Assembly (NCBI GenBank): GCA_013334745.1
Contig: JAAXWY010000011.1
Span: 1-55,640 of the forward strand
Reading direction: 5' to 3'
Source of the DNA: Coriobacteriia bacterium
GTDB lineage: Bacteria > Actinomycetota > Coriobacteriia > Anaerosomatales > JAAXUF01
Length of the DNA: 55,640 bases
Position 1 is the first letter of the stretch. Every line of letters starts with the position of its first letter. Of the stretch, positions 18,093-27,435 are shown piece after piece. Made by a program: the position numbers and the translations under genes. The notes under the pieces were generated by a model. It made no database searches. It was not told the DNA's origin and saw only the letters and a program-made list of their open reading frames with translations.

Positions 18093-18102
18093 GGCGTAGA
18101 AT
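18093..18102 (+). promoter_or_regulatory. Candidate -10 element GGCGTAGAAT about 9 nt upstream of the pepQ GTG. This would make the mRNA leaderless or short-leader.
   Basis: TAGAAT at 18097..18102. The ORF GTG is at 18111 and an internal ATG is at 18138. Confidence 0.25.
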
Positions 18103-18110
18103 CTCGGCAG

Positions 18111-19229
18111 GTGCCACGGCGGCGAAGGGGCGGCTTGATGGTCGCGGTTGATGCTCGACTTGAGGCTTTGCGGGTGCTGATGCACGATGCAGCGCTCGGC
18201 GCGATGGTCGTGTGGTCGGTACCCAACGTGTCTTATCTCACGGGGTTCATCGGCGTATGGGACGAGGAACCGGCCGCGTTGCTCGCGGTAACCGACTCGG
18301 AATCCGTTGTATTCACCGACTCCCGGTATCTAGAGTCCGCACGGGCGGCTGCGCTCGAAGGCCCGTGGGACGTTCGCCTCGTCGTCGACGATCAGTGGAG
18401 TGAGGCGCTGGCTGTCGCTGTCGGCGCCGGCGCGACGCGTGTCGCCGTCGAATCAACGATGCCGTATGCGACCGTGGAGGGCGCCCGCGAGCGCTTCGAA
18501 GGCGACATCGTACCGACGGCGGGACTGGTTGAACGACTCCGCGCCTCGAAGGACGCCAACGAGATCGAGCTCATCGGGCAGGCCCAGGCGATCACGGACG
18601 CGGCGTTTGATCACGTGCTCGGCTTCGTGAGGCCCGGGATGACCGAGCGTGAGGTGGCGCTCGAGCTTGAGTTCCACATGCGCGCCACGGGCTCGGATGG
18701 GATAGCGTTTCCACCCATCGTCGCAAGCGGCCCGAACTCAGCGCTCCCTCATGCGCATCCGAGTGCACGGGAGATCGTGGCAGGCGACTTCCTCAAGATG
18801 GACTTCGGTGCCCGCGTTGGCGGCTACTGTGCCGACATGACGCGAACCGTGGTGGTTGGTACTGCGAGCGCGCGTCAGCGGGAGATCTACCAAGCGGTGC
18901 TGGCTGCCAACGCTGCGGGGCTGGCAGCCGTTGCCGAGGGTGTGGCCTGTGCGGGAGTGGATAAGGCAGCGCGTGATGTGCTTGCCGCGGCAGGGTATGG
19001 CGACTACTTCGGGCACGGGCTCGGGCACGGACTTGGCCTCGAGATCCATGAGCAGCCGTCGGTTGGCGCCCGGAGTACTCACACGCTTGCGGTAGGCAAC
19101 GTCGTCACCATCGAACCCGGTGCCTACCTGCCTGGTTTCGGCGGTGTTAGAATCGAGGACTTGGTGGTGGTCGACGCGGGCGGAGCGCGCGTGCTGACCA
19201 CCTCGACGAAGGATCTTATCGAACTGTGA
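18111..19229 (+). CDS. Xaa-Pro aminopeptidase or dipeptidase, M24B family.
   Basis: Creatinase-N-like N-terminal half. C-terminal pita-bread fold with the metal ligands D...D...H...E...E (DFGARVGGYCADMTRT, HGLGHGLG, IEPG). Conserved aroQ-pepQ-efp synteny. Confidence 0.85.
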   Translation: MPRRRRGGLMVAVDARLEALRVLMHDAALGAMVVWSVPNVSYLTGFIGVWDEEPAALLAVTDSESVVFTDSRYLESARAAALEGPWDVRLVVDDQWSEALAVAVGAGATRVAVESTMPYATVEGARERFEGDIVPTAGLVERLRASKDANEIELIGQAQAITDAAFDHVLGFVRPGMTEREVALELEFHMRATGSDGIAFPPIVASGPNSALPHAHPSAREIVAGDFLKMDFGARVGGYCADMTRTVVVGTASARQREIYQAVLAANAAGLAAVAEGVACAGVDKAARDVLAAAGYGDYFGHGLGHGLGLEIHEQPSVGARSTHTLAVGNVVTIEPGAYLPGFGGVRIEDLVVVDAGGARVLTTSTKDLIEL

Positions 19230-19274
19230 TACCCGCCCAGACGCGTGGGCCGACCGATTAGGGAGACAGAACTC

Positions 19275-19835
19275 ATGCCGGTTACGACCGCCAACTTCAA
19301 GAACGGTATGTGCATCGTCCACGAAGGCAAGCGCTGGGTCATCATCGAGTTCCAGCACGTCAAGCCGGGCAAGGGTGGCGCGTTCGTTCGCACCAAGCTC
19401 AAGGAGCTCCAGAGCGGACGCGTGGTCGACTACACGTTCCGCGCCGGCGAGAAGTTCGACGACGTTCGCATCGAGAACAAGAAGATGCAGTACCTCTACA
19501 ACGATGGCGAGACGTTCTACTTCATGGACAACACCTCGTACGAGCAGATCGAGCTCGATGCGGACTTCGTCGGCGAGCAGGCCAAGTGGCTCAAGGACAA
19601 CGACGAGGTCGAGATCATGACCGCGGATGGCGAGTACATGGGGGTCGAGCCGCCGATGTTCGTCGAGCTCGAGGTCACCGAGACTGACCCCGGCTTCAAG
19701 GGCGACACGGTTCAGGGTGGCACCAAGCCTGCCACGCTTGAGACCGGCGCGGTCGTTCAGGTCCCGATGTTCATCAACACGGGCGAGAAGCTGCGGATCG
19801 ACACGCGCGACGGGCGCTACATCACCCGGGTCTAG
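19275..19835 (+). CDS. efp: Elongation factor P.
   Basis: MPVTTANFKNGMCIVHEGKRWVIIEFQHVKPGKGGAFVRTKLK, including the conserved KPGKG loop. RBS GGGAGA. The ORF-track start at 19245 is probably an upstream over-extension. Confidence 0.9.
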   Translation: MPVTTANFKNGMCIVHEGKRWVIIEFQHVKPGKGGAFVRTKLKELQSGRVVDYTFRAGEKFDDVRIENKKMQYLYNDGETFYFMDNTSYEQIELDADFVGEQAKWLKDNDEVEIMTADGEYMGVEPPMFVELEVTETDPGFKGDTVQGGTKPATLETGAVVQVPMFINTGEKLRIDTRDGRYITRV

Positions 19836-20884
19836 TGCCTGCAGCGAATAGCCGCATCGATTTCATCGACTTCGGTAAGGGTCTGTCGATCCTGAGCGTC
19901 GTGTTGTTCCACTATGCCGACGCGTCGGTCGTGGGGCGCTATTCCGCGCTGTTCGGATTCGGGGCGGCGGGTGTGCACGTATTCTTGGTGCTCGCTGGTT
20001 TCGGGCTGTCGTTGTCGCCCCATTCATCGTCTCCGAGCGCGTTCTACCGTCGACGGTTCGTCAAGATTCTGGTCCCGTACTACGTGTTCGTGACAATCGC
20101 CTTTCTCGTGAACCAGGTCCACGCGTACTACCGACATGACGGTGTGTACGCCTATCTCGGCCATCTGTTCTGGTTCAAGATGTTCGACGGGCACATCATC
20201 GGTAGCTTCGGCGGCCAACTCTGGTTCGTCTCGACGATTCTCGCGTTCTACCTGCTGTTTCCGCTGCTTCAGACGGCCCAACTGAGACTCGGGGACGCCC
20301 GTTTCCTGGCGCTCGCCACGGTAGCGTCGGTCGCGTTCTGGATCGGTGTGACGGCGCTCGGCCTCCAAAACGACCACGCGGTGCAACGCTTCTTCCCTCA
20401 GTACCTCTGGGAGTTCTGCGCAGGGATGGTGCTGGCCTCGCTCTATCTGCGCCGCGGCGTCCTGGCGTGGGAGCTGCCGTCGTGGGTGCTCGGGTTCGCG
20501 GTGGTTGCCGGCTATTACGGCGCGGTCGCGGTCTCACAACTGGTGCCGGCGGCAACCCACATGTTCGATGACGTGCCGACGCTGGTCGGATTCGGTGCGG
20601 CCGTCGTGCTTGCCGAGCGAGCGTCGAAGCGGTGGTGGCCGCGACTCCACCGCGCCATGATGGCGCTAGGAGCGGTCTCATTCGAGCTGTTTCTCGTGCA
20701 CATGCTGGTGAAGACGGCGCTCCGGCCCTTGCTCCCGTATGGATCGTCGCTCCCGCTCGCCGTGGTGTGGCTGATCGGGTCGATCGGCGCATCGATAGCG
20801 GTCGCGGTGGTGTTCCGACGGCTTACGCAGCCCATCGTCAGGGCAGCGGAACGCATGCACTCGCCGGCTGCCCCGACCGGGTAG
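19835..20884 (+). CDS. Acyltransferase family 3 (OatA/OafA-like) integral membrane protein.
   Basis: About 10 predicted TM helices. The N-terminal IDFIDFGKGLSILSVVLFHY motif is typical of acyltransferase_3. TAGTG overlap with efp. Confidence 0.7.
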   Translation: MPAANSRIDFIDFGKGLSILSVVLFHYADASVVGRYSALFGFGAAGVHVFLVLAGFGLSLSPHSSSPSAFYRRRFVKILVPYYVFVTIAFLVNQVHAYYRHDGVYAYLGHLFWFKMFDGHIIGSFGGQLWFVSTILAFYLLFPLLQTAQLRLGDARFLALATVASVAFWIGVTALGLQNDHAVQRFFPQYLWEFCAGMVLASLYLRRGVLAWELPSWVLGFAVVAGYYGAVAVSQLVPAATHMFDDVPTLVGFGAAVVLAERASKRWWPRLHRAMMALGAVSFELFLVHMLVKTALRPLLPYGSSLPLAVVWLIGSIGASIAVAVVFRRLTQPIVRAAERMHSPAAPTG

Positions 20885-21024
20885 CGGCTCGGCCCATATG
20901 GCCTCGTGTGCGTCGCCGTGTCTCCACAGGTCGTATATACTTGTCGTTCCACTCGAGCCCGACCGGCGCGCCTGCCAGGATTTCCGCGCCGGCTGATAGT
21001 TGACTGCACCCACAAGGAGGGGCG

Positions 21025-22878
21025 ATGCGACCGGTCCGAATCACCGACACGACGCTGCGCGATGCGCACCAGTCGTTGTGGGCGACGCGCATGGAGGTCG
21101 GCGATATGCTGCCGATCCTGCCGAAGATGGACTCTGTCGGCTTCTGGTCGCTCGAGGTGTGGGGCGGCGCGACGTTCGACTCGTGCCTGCGGTTCATGGA
21201 CGAGAATCCCTGGGAGCGACTGCGCACCATCAAGCAGCACTGCCCGCGCACGCCTTTGCAGATGCTGCTCCGTGGTCAGAATCTCGTCGGCTATCACCAC
21301 TACTCGGATGAGATCGTCACGCGTTTCGTGAACGCCAGCAAGCGCAACGGCGTCGATGTATTCCGCGTCTTCGATGCGCTCAACGACATCCGCAACGTCA
21401 AGACCTCAGCCGAGGCGATACGCGAGTGCGGAGGGCTTTTCGAAGGCGCCATCTCGTATACGGTGAGCCCGGTGCACACCCTCGACGCCTACCTCGAGTA
21501 CGCTCAGGAGCTCAAGGAACTCGGCGCCGACACCATCTGCATCAAGGACATGGCGGGCATGCTTACGCCGTTCCGCACCGAGAAGATGGTGCTCGCGCTC
21601 AAGAAGGAGATCGGCCTGCCGGTCCACGTGCATTGCCACTACATCGGCGGTATGGCGCCGATGAACTATGTGAAAGCGGCCGAGGCGGGCGCGGACATTG
21701 TCGACACCGCAGTGGTCGCCCTCGCGTTCGGCAACAGCCAGCCGGCGGTCGAGACCATCGTCGCCGCGCTCATGGAGTCCCCGTACGACACCGGTCTCGA
21801 CCTCGACCTACTCTTCGAGATTGCCGAGTACTGGGAGGCTGTCCGCAAGAAGAAGCATCTCAAGCGCGGCATCACCACGCTGCTCTCGATGGAGGTCTTC
21901 AGCCATCAGGTTCCTGGCGGCATGATGAGCAACCTGGTCAGCCAGCTCGAGATACAGAAGGCGCTCGACCGGCTCCCCGACGTCATGGCGGAGATTCCGC
22001 GCGTGCGTGCCGAGGTCGGCTATCCGCCCCTCGTCACCCCGCTGTCGCAGATCGTCGGCACGCAGGCGGTCATGAACGTGCTCACCGGAAAGCGCTGGAA
22101 CGTCATCCCGCAGGAGATGCGTGACTACGTCCGCGGCTACTACGGTAAGGCACCGGGGTCGATGGATCCCGAGATCGTGGCGAAGGTGCTCGGCAACCTC
22201 GAGCCGCTCGCTCTCGATATCGCTCCCGGTTCGCTCGTGACCACCACCTACGCCGAAGTCGAAGCCGAGATCGGCGATCTCGCCAAGAGCGAAGAGGACG
22301 TACTGATGTACGCACTCTTCCCCAACGAGGCGCGTACGTACTTGTCAGCACACAAGGATGGCGCCGAGAAGGCCGTCTTCCTCATGAGTGAAGAACTGCA
22401 CACCGTCAAGGAGGCCGATTCCGTGGACGTCAACCAGATCCGAGAGCTCATCAAGGTCGTGGAGGCCTCAGACATCTCCGAGATCGTCATCGAAGAGGGC
22501 GACATGAAGGTGTCGGTGCGCAAGGGCGGCTTCGCTGCTGCTGCTCCGGTCGCCGTCGCTGCAACCAGCGCCCCGGCAGCCGTCACGCCGGAGTCCGCAG
22601 CCGTCGCAGCACCTGCAGCGGGCGAGCGCCCGGCGAGCTGGAAGACCGTCACCGCGCCGATGGTCGGCACGTTCTACGAGGCGGGATCGCCCGGTTCGGC
22701 AGCGTTCGTCTCCGCAGGTGACTCCTTCGCGGAGGGTGCGACGCTGTGCATCCTCGAGGCGATGAAGCTCATGAACGAGATCGTGGCCGAGGAGGCCGGT
22801 GTGGTGCGCGAGGTCGCCGTCTCGAACGGTGCGGCCGTCGAGTACGGCACGGTGCTGTTCTACTACGAGCCCGCCTAA
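21025..22878 (+). CDS. Biotin-dependent carboxyltransferase subunit with a C-terminal biotinyl domain (pyruvate carboxylase subunit B / oxaloacetate decarboxylase alpha-like).
   Basis: N-terminal RITDTTLRDAHQSL TIM-barrel carboxyltransferase (5S-type) domain. C-terminal biotin attachment motif LEAMKLMNEI. Length 617 aa. Confidence 0.85.
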   Translation: MRPVRITDTTLRDAHQSLWATRMEVGDMLPILPKMDSVGFWSLEVWGGATFDSCLRFMDENPWERLRTIKQHCPRTPLQMLLRGQNLVGYHHYSDEIVTRFVNASKRNGVDVFRVFDALNDIRNVKTSAEAIRECGGLFEGAISYTVSPVHTLDAYLEYAQELKELGADTICIKDMAGMLTPFRTEKMVLALKKEIGLPVHVHCHYIGGMAPMNYVKAAEAGADIVDTAVVALAFGNSQPAVETIVAALMESPYDTGLDLDLLFEIAEYWEAVRKKKHLKRGITTLLSMEVFSHQVPGGMMSNLVSQLEIQKALDRLPDVMAEIPRVRAEVGYPPLVTPLSQIVGTQAVMNVLTGKRWNVIPQEMRDYVRGYYGKAPGSMDPEIVAKVLGNLEPLALDIAPGSLVTTTYAEVEAEIGDLAKSEEDVLMYALFPNEARTYLSAHKDGAEKAVFLMSEELHTVKEADSVDVNQIRELIKVVEASDISEIVIEEGDMKVSVRKGGFAAAAPVAVAATSAPAAVTPESAAVAAPAAGERPASWKTVTAPMVGTFYEAGSPGSAAFVSAGDSFAEGATLCILEAMKLMNEIVAEEAGVVREVAVSNGAAVEYGTVLFYYEPA

Positions 22879-22896
22879 CCGACCCGGAGGTCTTCC

Positions 22897-24246
22897 GTGT
22901 TCGATCGTATTCTCATCGCGAATCGCGGCGAAGTCGCGCTGCGCGTCATCAGGGCCGCCAAAGAGATGGGCGTCGAGACGGTCGCCGTATACTCGGAGGC
23001 CGATCGCGATTCACTTCACGCCCGCATGGCCGATCACTCGGTCTGTATCGGTCCGGCCTCATCGGCGCTGTCCTACCTCAGCATGCCCAACATCATCTCG
23101 GCAGCGCTCACCACGGGCGCCCAGGCCGTTCACCCGGGTTACGGTTTCCTCGCCGAGAACTCGGCGTTCGCACGCGCGTGTGCCGATTCCGGGCTCGTGT
23201 TCATCGGGCCATCGCCCGACGCCATCGACCGGATGGGTGACAAGTCGGTCGCCCGCGACACGATGATGCAGGCGGGTGTGCCCACTGTTCCCGGTTCCGA
23301 CGGCATCGTCGAGAACTACGAGGACGCGCTGCGCTTCGCCGAGCAGGTCGGTTTCCCTGTGCTCATCAAGGCGAGTGCGGGCGGTGGCGGCAAAGGCATG
23401 CGAGTCGCTCACGATCCCGATGAGCTCAAGGTGAACCTCACTGCGGCCAAGACCGAGGCCGCTGCAGCGTTCGGCAATGACGAGGTCTACATCGAGAAGT
23501 ACCTGCTGCGACCGCGCCACGTCGAGATGCAGATCCTCGCGGACTCCCACGGCAACGCGGTCCACCTCTACGAGCGTGACTGCTCGATTCAGCGCCGCCA
23601 CCAGAAACTCGTCGAGGAAGCGCCGAGCCCGGCTGTCACGCCGGAGCTGCGCGAGGCGATGGGCGAGGCCGCAATGAAGGCCGTTCGCGCCGTCGGCTAC
23701 CAGAACGCCGGAACGATCGAGTTCCTGCTCGATACCGACGGGCGCTTCTACTTCATGGAGATGAACACGCGCGTTCAGGTCGAGCATCCTATCTCCGAGC
23801 AGATCACCGGTGTCGACATCATCAAGGAGCAGATTCGCATCGCCGCGGGTGAGCCGATGCGTCATACCACGCAGGATGCGATTGTGAAGCGCGGCCATGC
23901 GATCGAGTTCCGCATCAACGCCGAGGACCCGGCACACAACTTCCGCCCGCACCCCGGCACAATCTCGGTGTTCAATCCGCCGGGCGGCTTCGGGGTGCGC
24001 ATCGATTCGCACGTCTACTCGGGGTACTCGGTGCCGCCGACATACGACTCGTTGCTCGGCAAGCTCATCGTGTGGGGTGAGACGCGCGATGAGGCTGTTG
24101 CGCGGGCACGCCGCGCGCTCGACGAGTTCATCGTGATCGGTATCCCGACCACGATCCCGTTCCATCAGGCGGTCGTGGAGAACGCCGCATTCCAGCGAGG
24201 CGAAGTCTATACTGACTTCGTCGAGACCGAGATGAGCGGCGACTAG
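22897..24246 (+). CDS. Biotin carboxylase subunit (AccC/PycA-type).
   Basis: MFDRILIANRGEVALRVIRAAKEMG N-terminus, ATP-grasp domain and a complete 449 aa product. Confidence 0.9.
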   Translation: MFDRILIANRGEVALRVIRAAKEMGVETVAVYSEADRDSLHARMADHSVCIGPASSALSYLSMPNIISAALTTGAQAVHPGYGFLAENSAFARACADSGLVFIGPSPDAIDRMGDKSVARDTMMQAGVPTVPGSDGIVENYEDALRFAEQVGFPVLIKASAGGGGKGMRVAHDPDELKVNLTAAKTEAAAAFGNDEVYIEKYLLRPRHVEMQILADSHGNAVHLYERDCSIQRRHQKLVEEAPSPAVTPELREAMGEAAMKAVRAVGYQNAGTIEFLLDTDGRFYFMEMNTRVQVEHPISEQITGVDIIKEQIRIAAGEPMRHTTQDAIVKRGHAIEFRINAEDPAHNFRPHPGTISVFNPPGGFGVRIDSHVYSGYSVPPTYDSLLGKLIVWGETRDEAVARARRALDEFIVIGIPTTIPFHQAVVENAAFQRGEVYTDFVETEMSGD

Positions 24247-24276
24247 CCGCCACTACAGCGAAGGAGTGTGACGGGC

Positions 24277-24627
24277 ATGTCAGATGAGCTCCGTCTTGAG
24301 GGTCTCGGCGTCGCGCCGAGCGTGCTCGACACCATCGTGACCGTGGCCGCCGAGGGCGTCGAGGGTATCGCCGGCGTCGGTGCACCCGGTCTCGCGGGTC
24401 TCGTGCAGAAGGGTGCCCGCAAGGGCGCATCGCGCGCTGTCGACGTCGCCGTCGATGACGAAGGCGCCATCAGCGCGACCGTGCACGTGCAGGTGCTCTA
24501 CGGACACAAGCTCAAGGATGTCGCCAACTGCGTTCAAACCGCGGTTGCCGACGCCGTTACCAGCCAGGTTGGCGCCAAGGTGGCTGCCGTCGACGTGTAC
24601 GTCGACGGCATCGTCTTCGCCGAGTAG
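24277..24627 (+). CDS. Asp23/Gls24 family envelope stress response protein.
   Basis: About 117 aa with the Asp23-like GV/A-rich pattern ([19 protein letters not shown]...). RBS GAAGGAG. The conserved Asp23-nusB adjacency is present. Confidence 0.75.
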   Translation: MSDELRLEGLGVAPSVLDTIVTVAAEGVEGIAGVGAPGLAGLVQKGARKGASRAVDVAVDDEGAISATVHVQVLYGHKLKDVANCVQTAVADAVTSQVGAKVAAVDVYVDGIVFAE

Positions 24628-24634
24628 GAGTCGG

Positions 24635-25066
24635 ATGCTCGAACGCAGCAGATCACGCCGTATGGCCATGCAGATCCTCTACCAACGTGAGATCACGGGG
24701 GAGGGTGTGGGTGCGATTCTCGGTACGCAGAGCTACTCGACCGAAGAGGGCGAGCCCGATGACTTCTGCAAAGAGATGGTACGAGGCGTCGAAGAGCATC
24801 TCGTTGAGATCGACTCGACCCTGAGCGAGGTATCCGAGAACTGGGCCGTTTCGCGCATGCCGTTGGTCGATCGCAGCATCCTGCGGCTCGCGACGTACGA
24901 GGTCCTCTTCGCCGATGACATCCCGCCCAGCGTGGCGATCAACGAGGCGATCGAACTCGCCAAGGTCTACGGCGGCGAAGACTCGTCGAAGTTCGTGAAC
25001 GGGGTTCTCGGCAAGATCGCCGAGCGCCATGCCACACATGTCGAGAAGGAACCCGCCAATGAGTGA
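24635..25066 (+). CDS. nusB: Transcription antitermination factor NusB.
   Basis: Arg-rich N-terminus [14 protein letters not shown] and a C-terminal ...NGVLGKIA. The start was chosen after the Asp23 stop; the longer ORF-track start at 24380 overlaps Asp23 out of frame. Confidence 0.85.
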   Translation: MLERSRSRRMAMQILYQREITGEGVGAILGTQSYSTEEGEPDDFCKEMVRGVEEHLVEIDSTLSEVSENWAVSRMPLVDRSILRLATYEVLFADDIPPSVAINEAIELAKVYGGEDSSKFVNGVLGKIAERHATHVEKEPANE

Positions 25067-25433
25067 CGAGTCCTACAGCTTCTCCACCGCGCGTACGCGC
25101 TTGGATGAAATCGTCTCTCAGGTGCGCAAGAAGGACACCTCGCTCGAGAAGAGCCTAGATCTGCTCGAGGAGGGTGTCCGTTTGGCGAACGCCTGCACCG
25201 AGATGATCGACCACGCGGACTGGAGCGTGGGTGGCGTCGGGGACGACGCGGCAGGAGAATCCGTTGGCGACGGTGAAGTGTCGGAAGGTGCCGTTGCGTC
25301 AACGGACCCGGTGGCCGAGGGCATCTCGGGTGATACGGTCGCTGACGACGCTTCGGTGCAGGTCGAGACAGACGACGCCGAACCGAGCGACTCGGACGCG
25401 TCCGATGAAGCCGGCGAATCGGTCGACGAGTAA
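25059..25433 (+). CDS. xseB: Exodeoxyribonuclease VII small subunit with a long acidic C-terminal tail.
   Basis: [16 protein letters not shown]...[23 protein letters not shown] matches the XseB helical hairpin pattern. ATGA overlap with nusB. An extra ~60-aa D/E/G/S-rich tail is present. Confidence 0.7.
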   Translation: MSDESYSFSTARTRLDEIVSQVRKKDTSLEKSLDLLEEGVRLANACTEMIDHADWSVGGVGDDAAGESVGDGEVSEGAVASTDPVAEGISGDTVADDASVQVETDDAEPSDSDASDEAGESVDE

Positions 25434-25473
25434 GAGACAACCGCACGATCAGAGTGCGCGAAACCTGGAAGTG

Positions 25474-27435
25474 ATGAACCGCGTGCCAGAACGAATCCTC
25501 GATTCCATAGAGGCACCGTGTGACGTGAAGGGCCTCTCACAGGCCGAGCTCGCGCAACTCGCCGACGAGATTCGCACCGAGCTCGTGACCACGGTCTCGC
25601 AGACCGGCGGTCACCTGGCGCCCAACCTGGGAGCTGTCGAACTCACTCTGGGCATCCATCGTGCGCTTGACTGCCCGAAGGACCGAATCATCTTCGACGT
25701 GGGGCATCAGTCCTACGTCCACAAGCTGCTGACTGGCCGGCGCGAACGCTTCTCGACCCTCCGCCAGTACGGCGGTGTGTGCGGGTTCCCCAAGAGAAGC
25801 GAGAGCCCCTACGATGCCTTCGACACGGGCCACGCCTCCGATTCGCTCTCGGTCGCACTCGGCTTGGCGCAGGCGCGTGACGCCCGCGGCGGTGACGAAA
25901 CGGTGCTCGTCGTGATCGGTGATGGCTCCATGACCGGTGGCATGGCGTTCGAGGCGCTCAACCACATCGGGCATCTGGGTGCCAAGGTCGTCATCGTCTT
26001 GAACGACAATGAGATGTCGATCTCCGAGAACGTAGGCGCACTGGCCAGTTATCTCGCGCGTGTTCGTCTCGACCCGCGCTACAACCGCCTGCGTGACGGC
26101 GTCGAGAACAAGCTCGCATCGACGACGATCGGTCGCGCAATGGTCGATCTTGGCGAGGCCGTTAAGGGATCGTTCAAGCAGCTCGTCGTGCCCGGCATGC
26201 TCTTCGAGGAACTCGGGCTGAAGTACGTCGGGCCGATCGACGGGCACGATGTCGAGCAGGTCCAAGAGGCTGTCGAGCGGGCGAGGACGTCAGACGGGCC
26301 GGTCATCATCCACGCGGTGACGCGCAAGGGCGCGGGTTACGTGCACGCCGAGGACTCTCCGGACGCATTCCACGGCATCGCGCCGTTCTCGATTGAGACG
26401 GGCAAAGCGCACAGCAAGCCCGGGGCGCCGATTAGTTTCACGGAGGCGTTCTCGGACTCGATAGTTGCCGAGGCGGCGCGTGACGACCGCATCGTCGCGA
26501 TCACCGCTGCGATGCCGTCAGGCACCGGCCTCGATCGATTCGCTGCGACGTACCCGGACCGCTTCTACGACGTCGGCATTGCCGAGCAGCACGCGGTCGG
26601 CATGGCTGCCGGCCTTGCACTGGGCGGCATGATTCCCGTGGTCGCGGTGTACTCGACGTTCGCGCAGCGCGCCTACGACCAGATGATGATGGATGTCGCT
26701 TTGCAGAACCTGCACGTCGTGTTCTGCCTCGACAGGGCGGGGCTGGTGGGCGAGGACGGCCCCACACATCACGGCGTGTTCGATCTCACCTATCTTCGTT
26801 CGATCCCCAACATGATGGTCCTCGCTCCGGCCGATGAGGTCGAGCTTGCTGAGGCGCTTCGAACCGCCATCGCAGCTGATGGCCCGGTTGCGCTGCGTTA
26901 CCCACGCGGAGCCGGCAGTGGACTCGAGATGCCGCAGCAGCCGGTGGCGTGGGACGCGGCGCAAGCCCAGATTCGGCGTAAGGGTACTGACGTCGCGCTG
27001 CTCGCGGTCGGCCGCATGGTCGCCACCGCTGAGGATGCCGCGGACGTGCTGGCCGCACAGGGTATCTCGGCGAGTGTCATCAACGCCCGCTGGGTCAAAC
27101 CGCTCGACTACGAGACGGTATCGTGGGCGGCGAAGAGCCATCGGCTGCTGGTTACGATCGAAGAGAACACGGCTGTTGGCGGGTTTGGCTCCGGTGTTCT
27201 CGAGGCGCTGGCTGACATGGATGTTCAGGTTCCCGTCCTGCGGCTTGCCGTCCCCGATTGCTTCGTGACGCATGGTGCGATGGCGAAGCTTCTCGCGGAT
27301 GTCGGACTGACCGCAGAGGGTGTATGTGGTGCTGTGCTCGGACGGCTGAGCGGTTTCACTTCGGAAGAGTCCGCCACCGCACACGCTGAGGGAGACGTGC
27401 ATGACACGGCGCCGCATCGACGCACTACTGGTTGA
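25474..27435 (+). CDS. dxs: 1-deoxy-D-xylulose-5-phosphate synthase.
   Basis: TPP-binding GDGSMTGGMAFEALNHIG. Transketolase-like pyrimidine-binding and C-terminal domains. The start MNRVPERILDSIEAPCDVKGL is canonical; the upstream in-frame extension to 25231 is a shadow. Confidence 0.9.
   Translation: MNRVPERILDSIEAPCDVKGLSQAELAQLADEIRTELVTTVSQTGGHLAPNLGAVELTLGIHRALDCPKDRIIFDVGHQSYVHKLLTGRRERFSTLRQYGGVCGFPKRSESPYDAFDTGHASDSLSVALGLAQARDARGGDETVLVVIGDGSMTGGMAFEALNHIGHLGAKVVIVLNDNEMSISENVGALASYLARVRLDPRYNRLRDGVENKLASTTIGRAMVDLGEAVKGSFKQLVVPGMLFEELGLKYVGPIDGHDVEQVQEAVERARTSDGPVIIHAVTRKGAGYVHAEDSPDAFHGIAPFSIETGKAHSKPGAPISFTEAFSDSIVAEAARDDRIVAITAAMPSGTGLDRFAATYPDRFYDVGIAEQHAVGMAAGLALGGMIPVVAVYSTFAQRAYDQMMMDVALQNLHVVFCLDRAGLVGEDGPTHHGVFDLTYLRSIPNMMVLAPADEVELAEALRTAIAADGPVALRYPRGAGSGLEMPQQPVAWDAAQAQIRRKGTDVALLAVGRMVATAEDAADVLAAQGISASVINARWVKPLDYETVSWAAKSHRLLVTIEENTAVGGFGSGVLEALADMDVQVPVLRLAVPDCFVTHGAMAKLLADVGLTAEGVCGAVLGRLSGFTSEESATAHAEGDVHDTAPHRRTTG

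Noticed and set aside
24380-24634. Upstream extension of nusB overlapping Asp23 in another frame.
   Set aside because: The NusB start at 24635 follows an RBS and the Asp23 stop. The extension is Ser/Thr/Arg-rich shadow sequence.
25231-25473. Upstream in-frame extension of dxs that reads through xseB.
   Set aside because: The extension is Arg/Thr-rich nonsense. The canonical DXS N-terminus begins at 25474 after a GTG/ATG.
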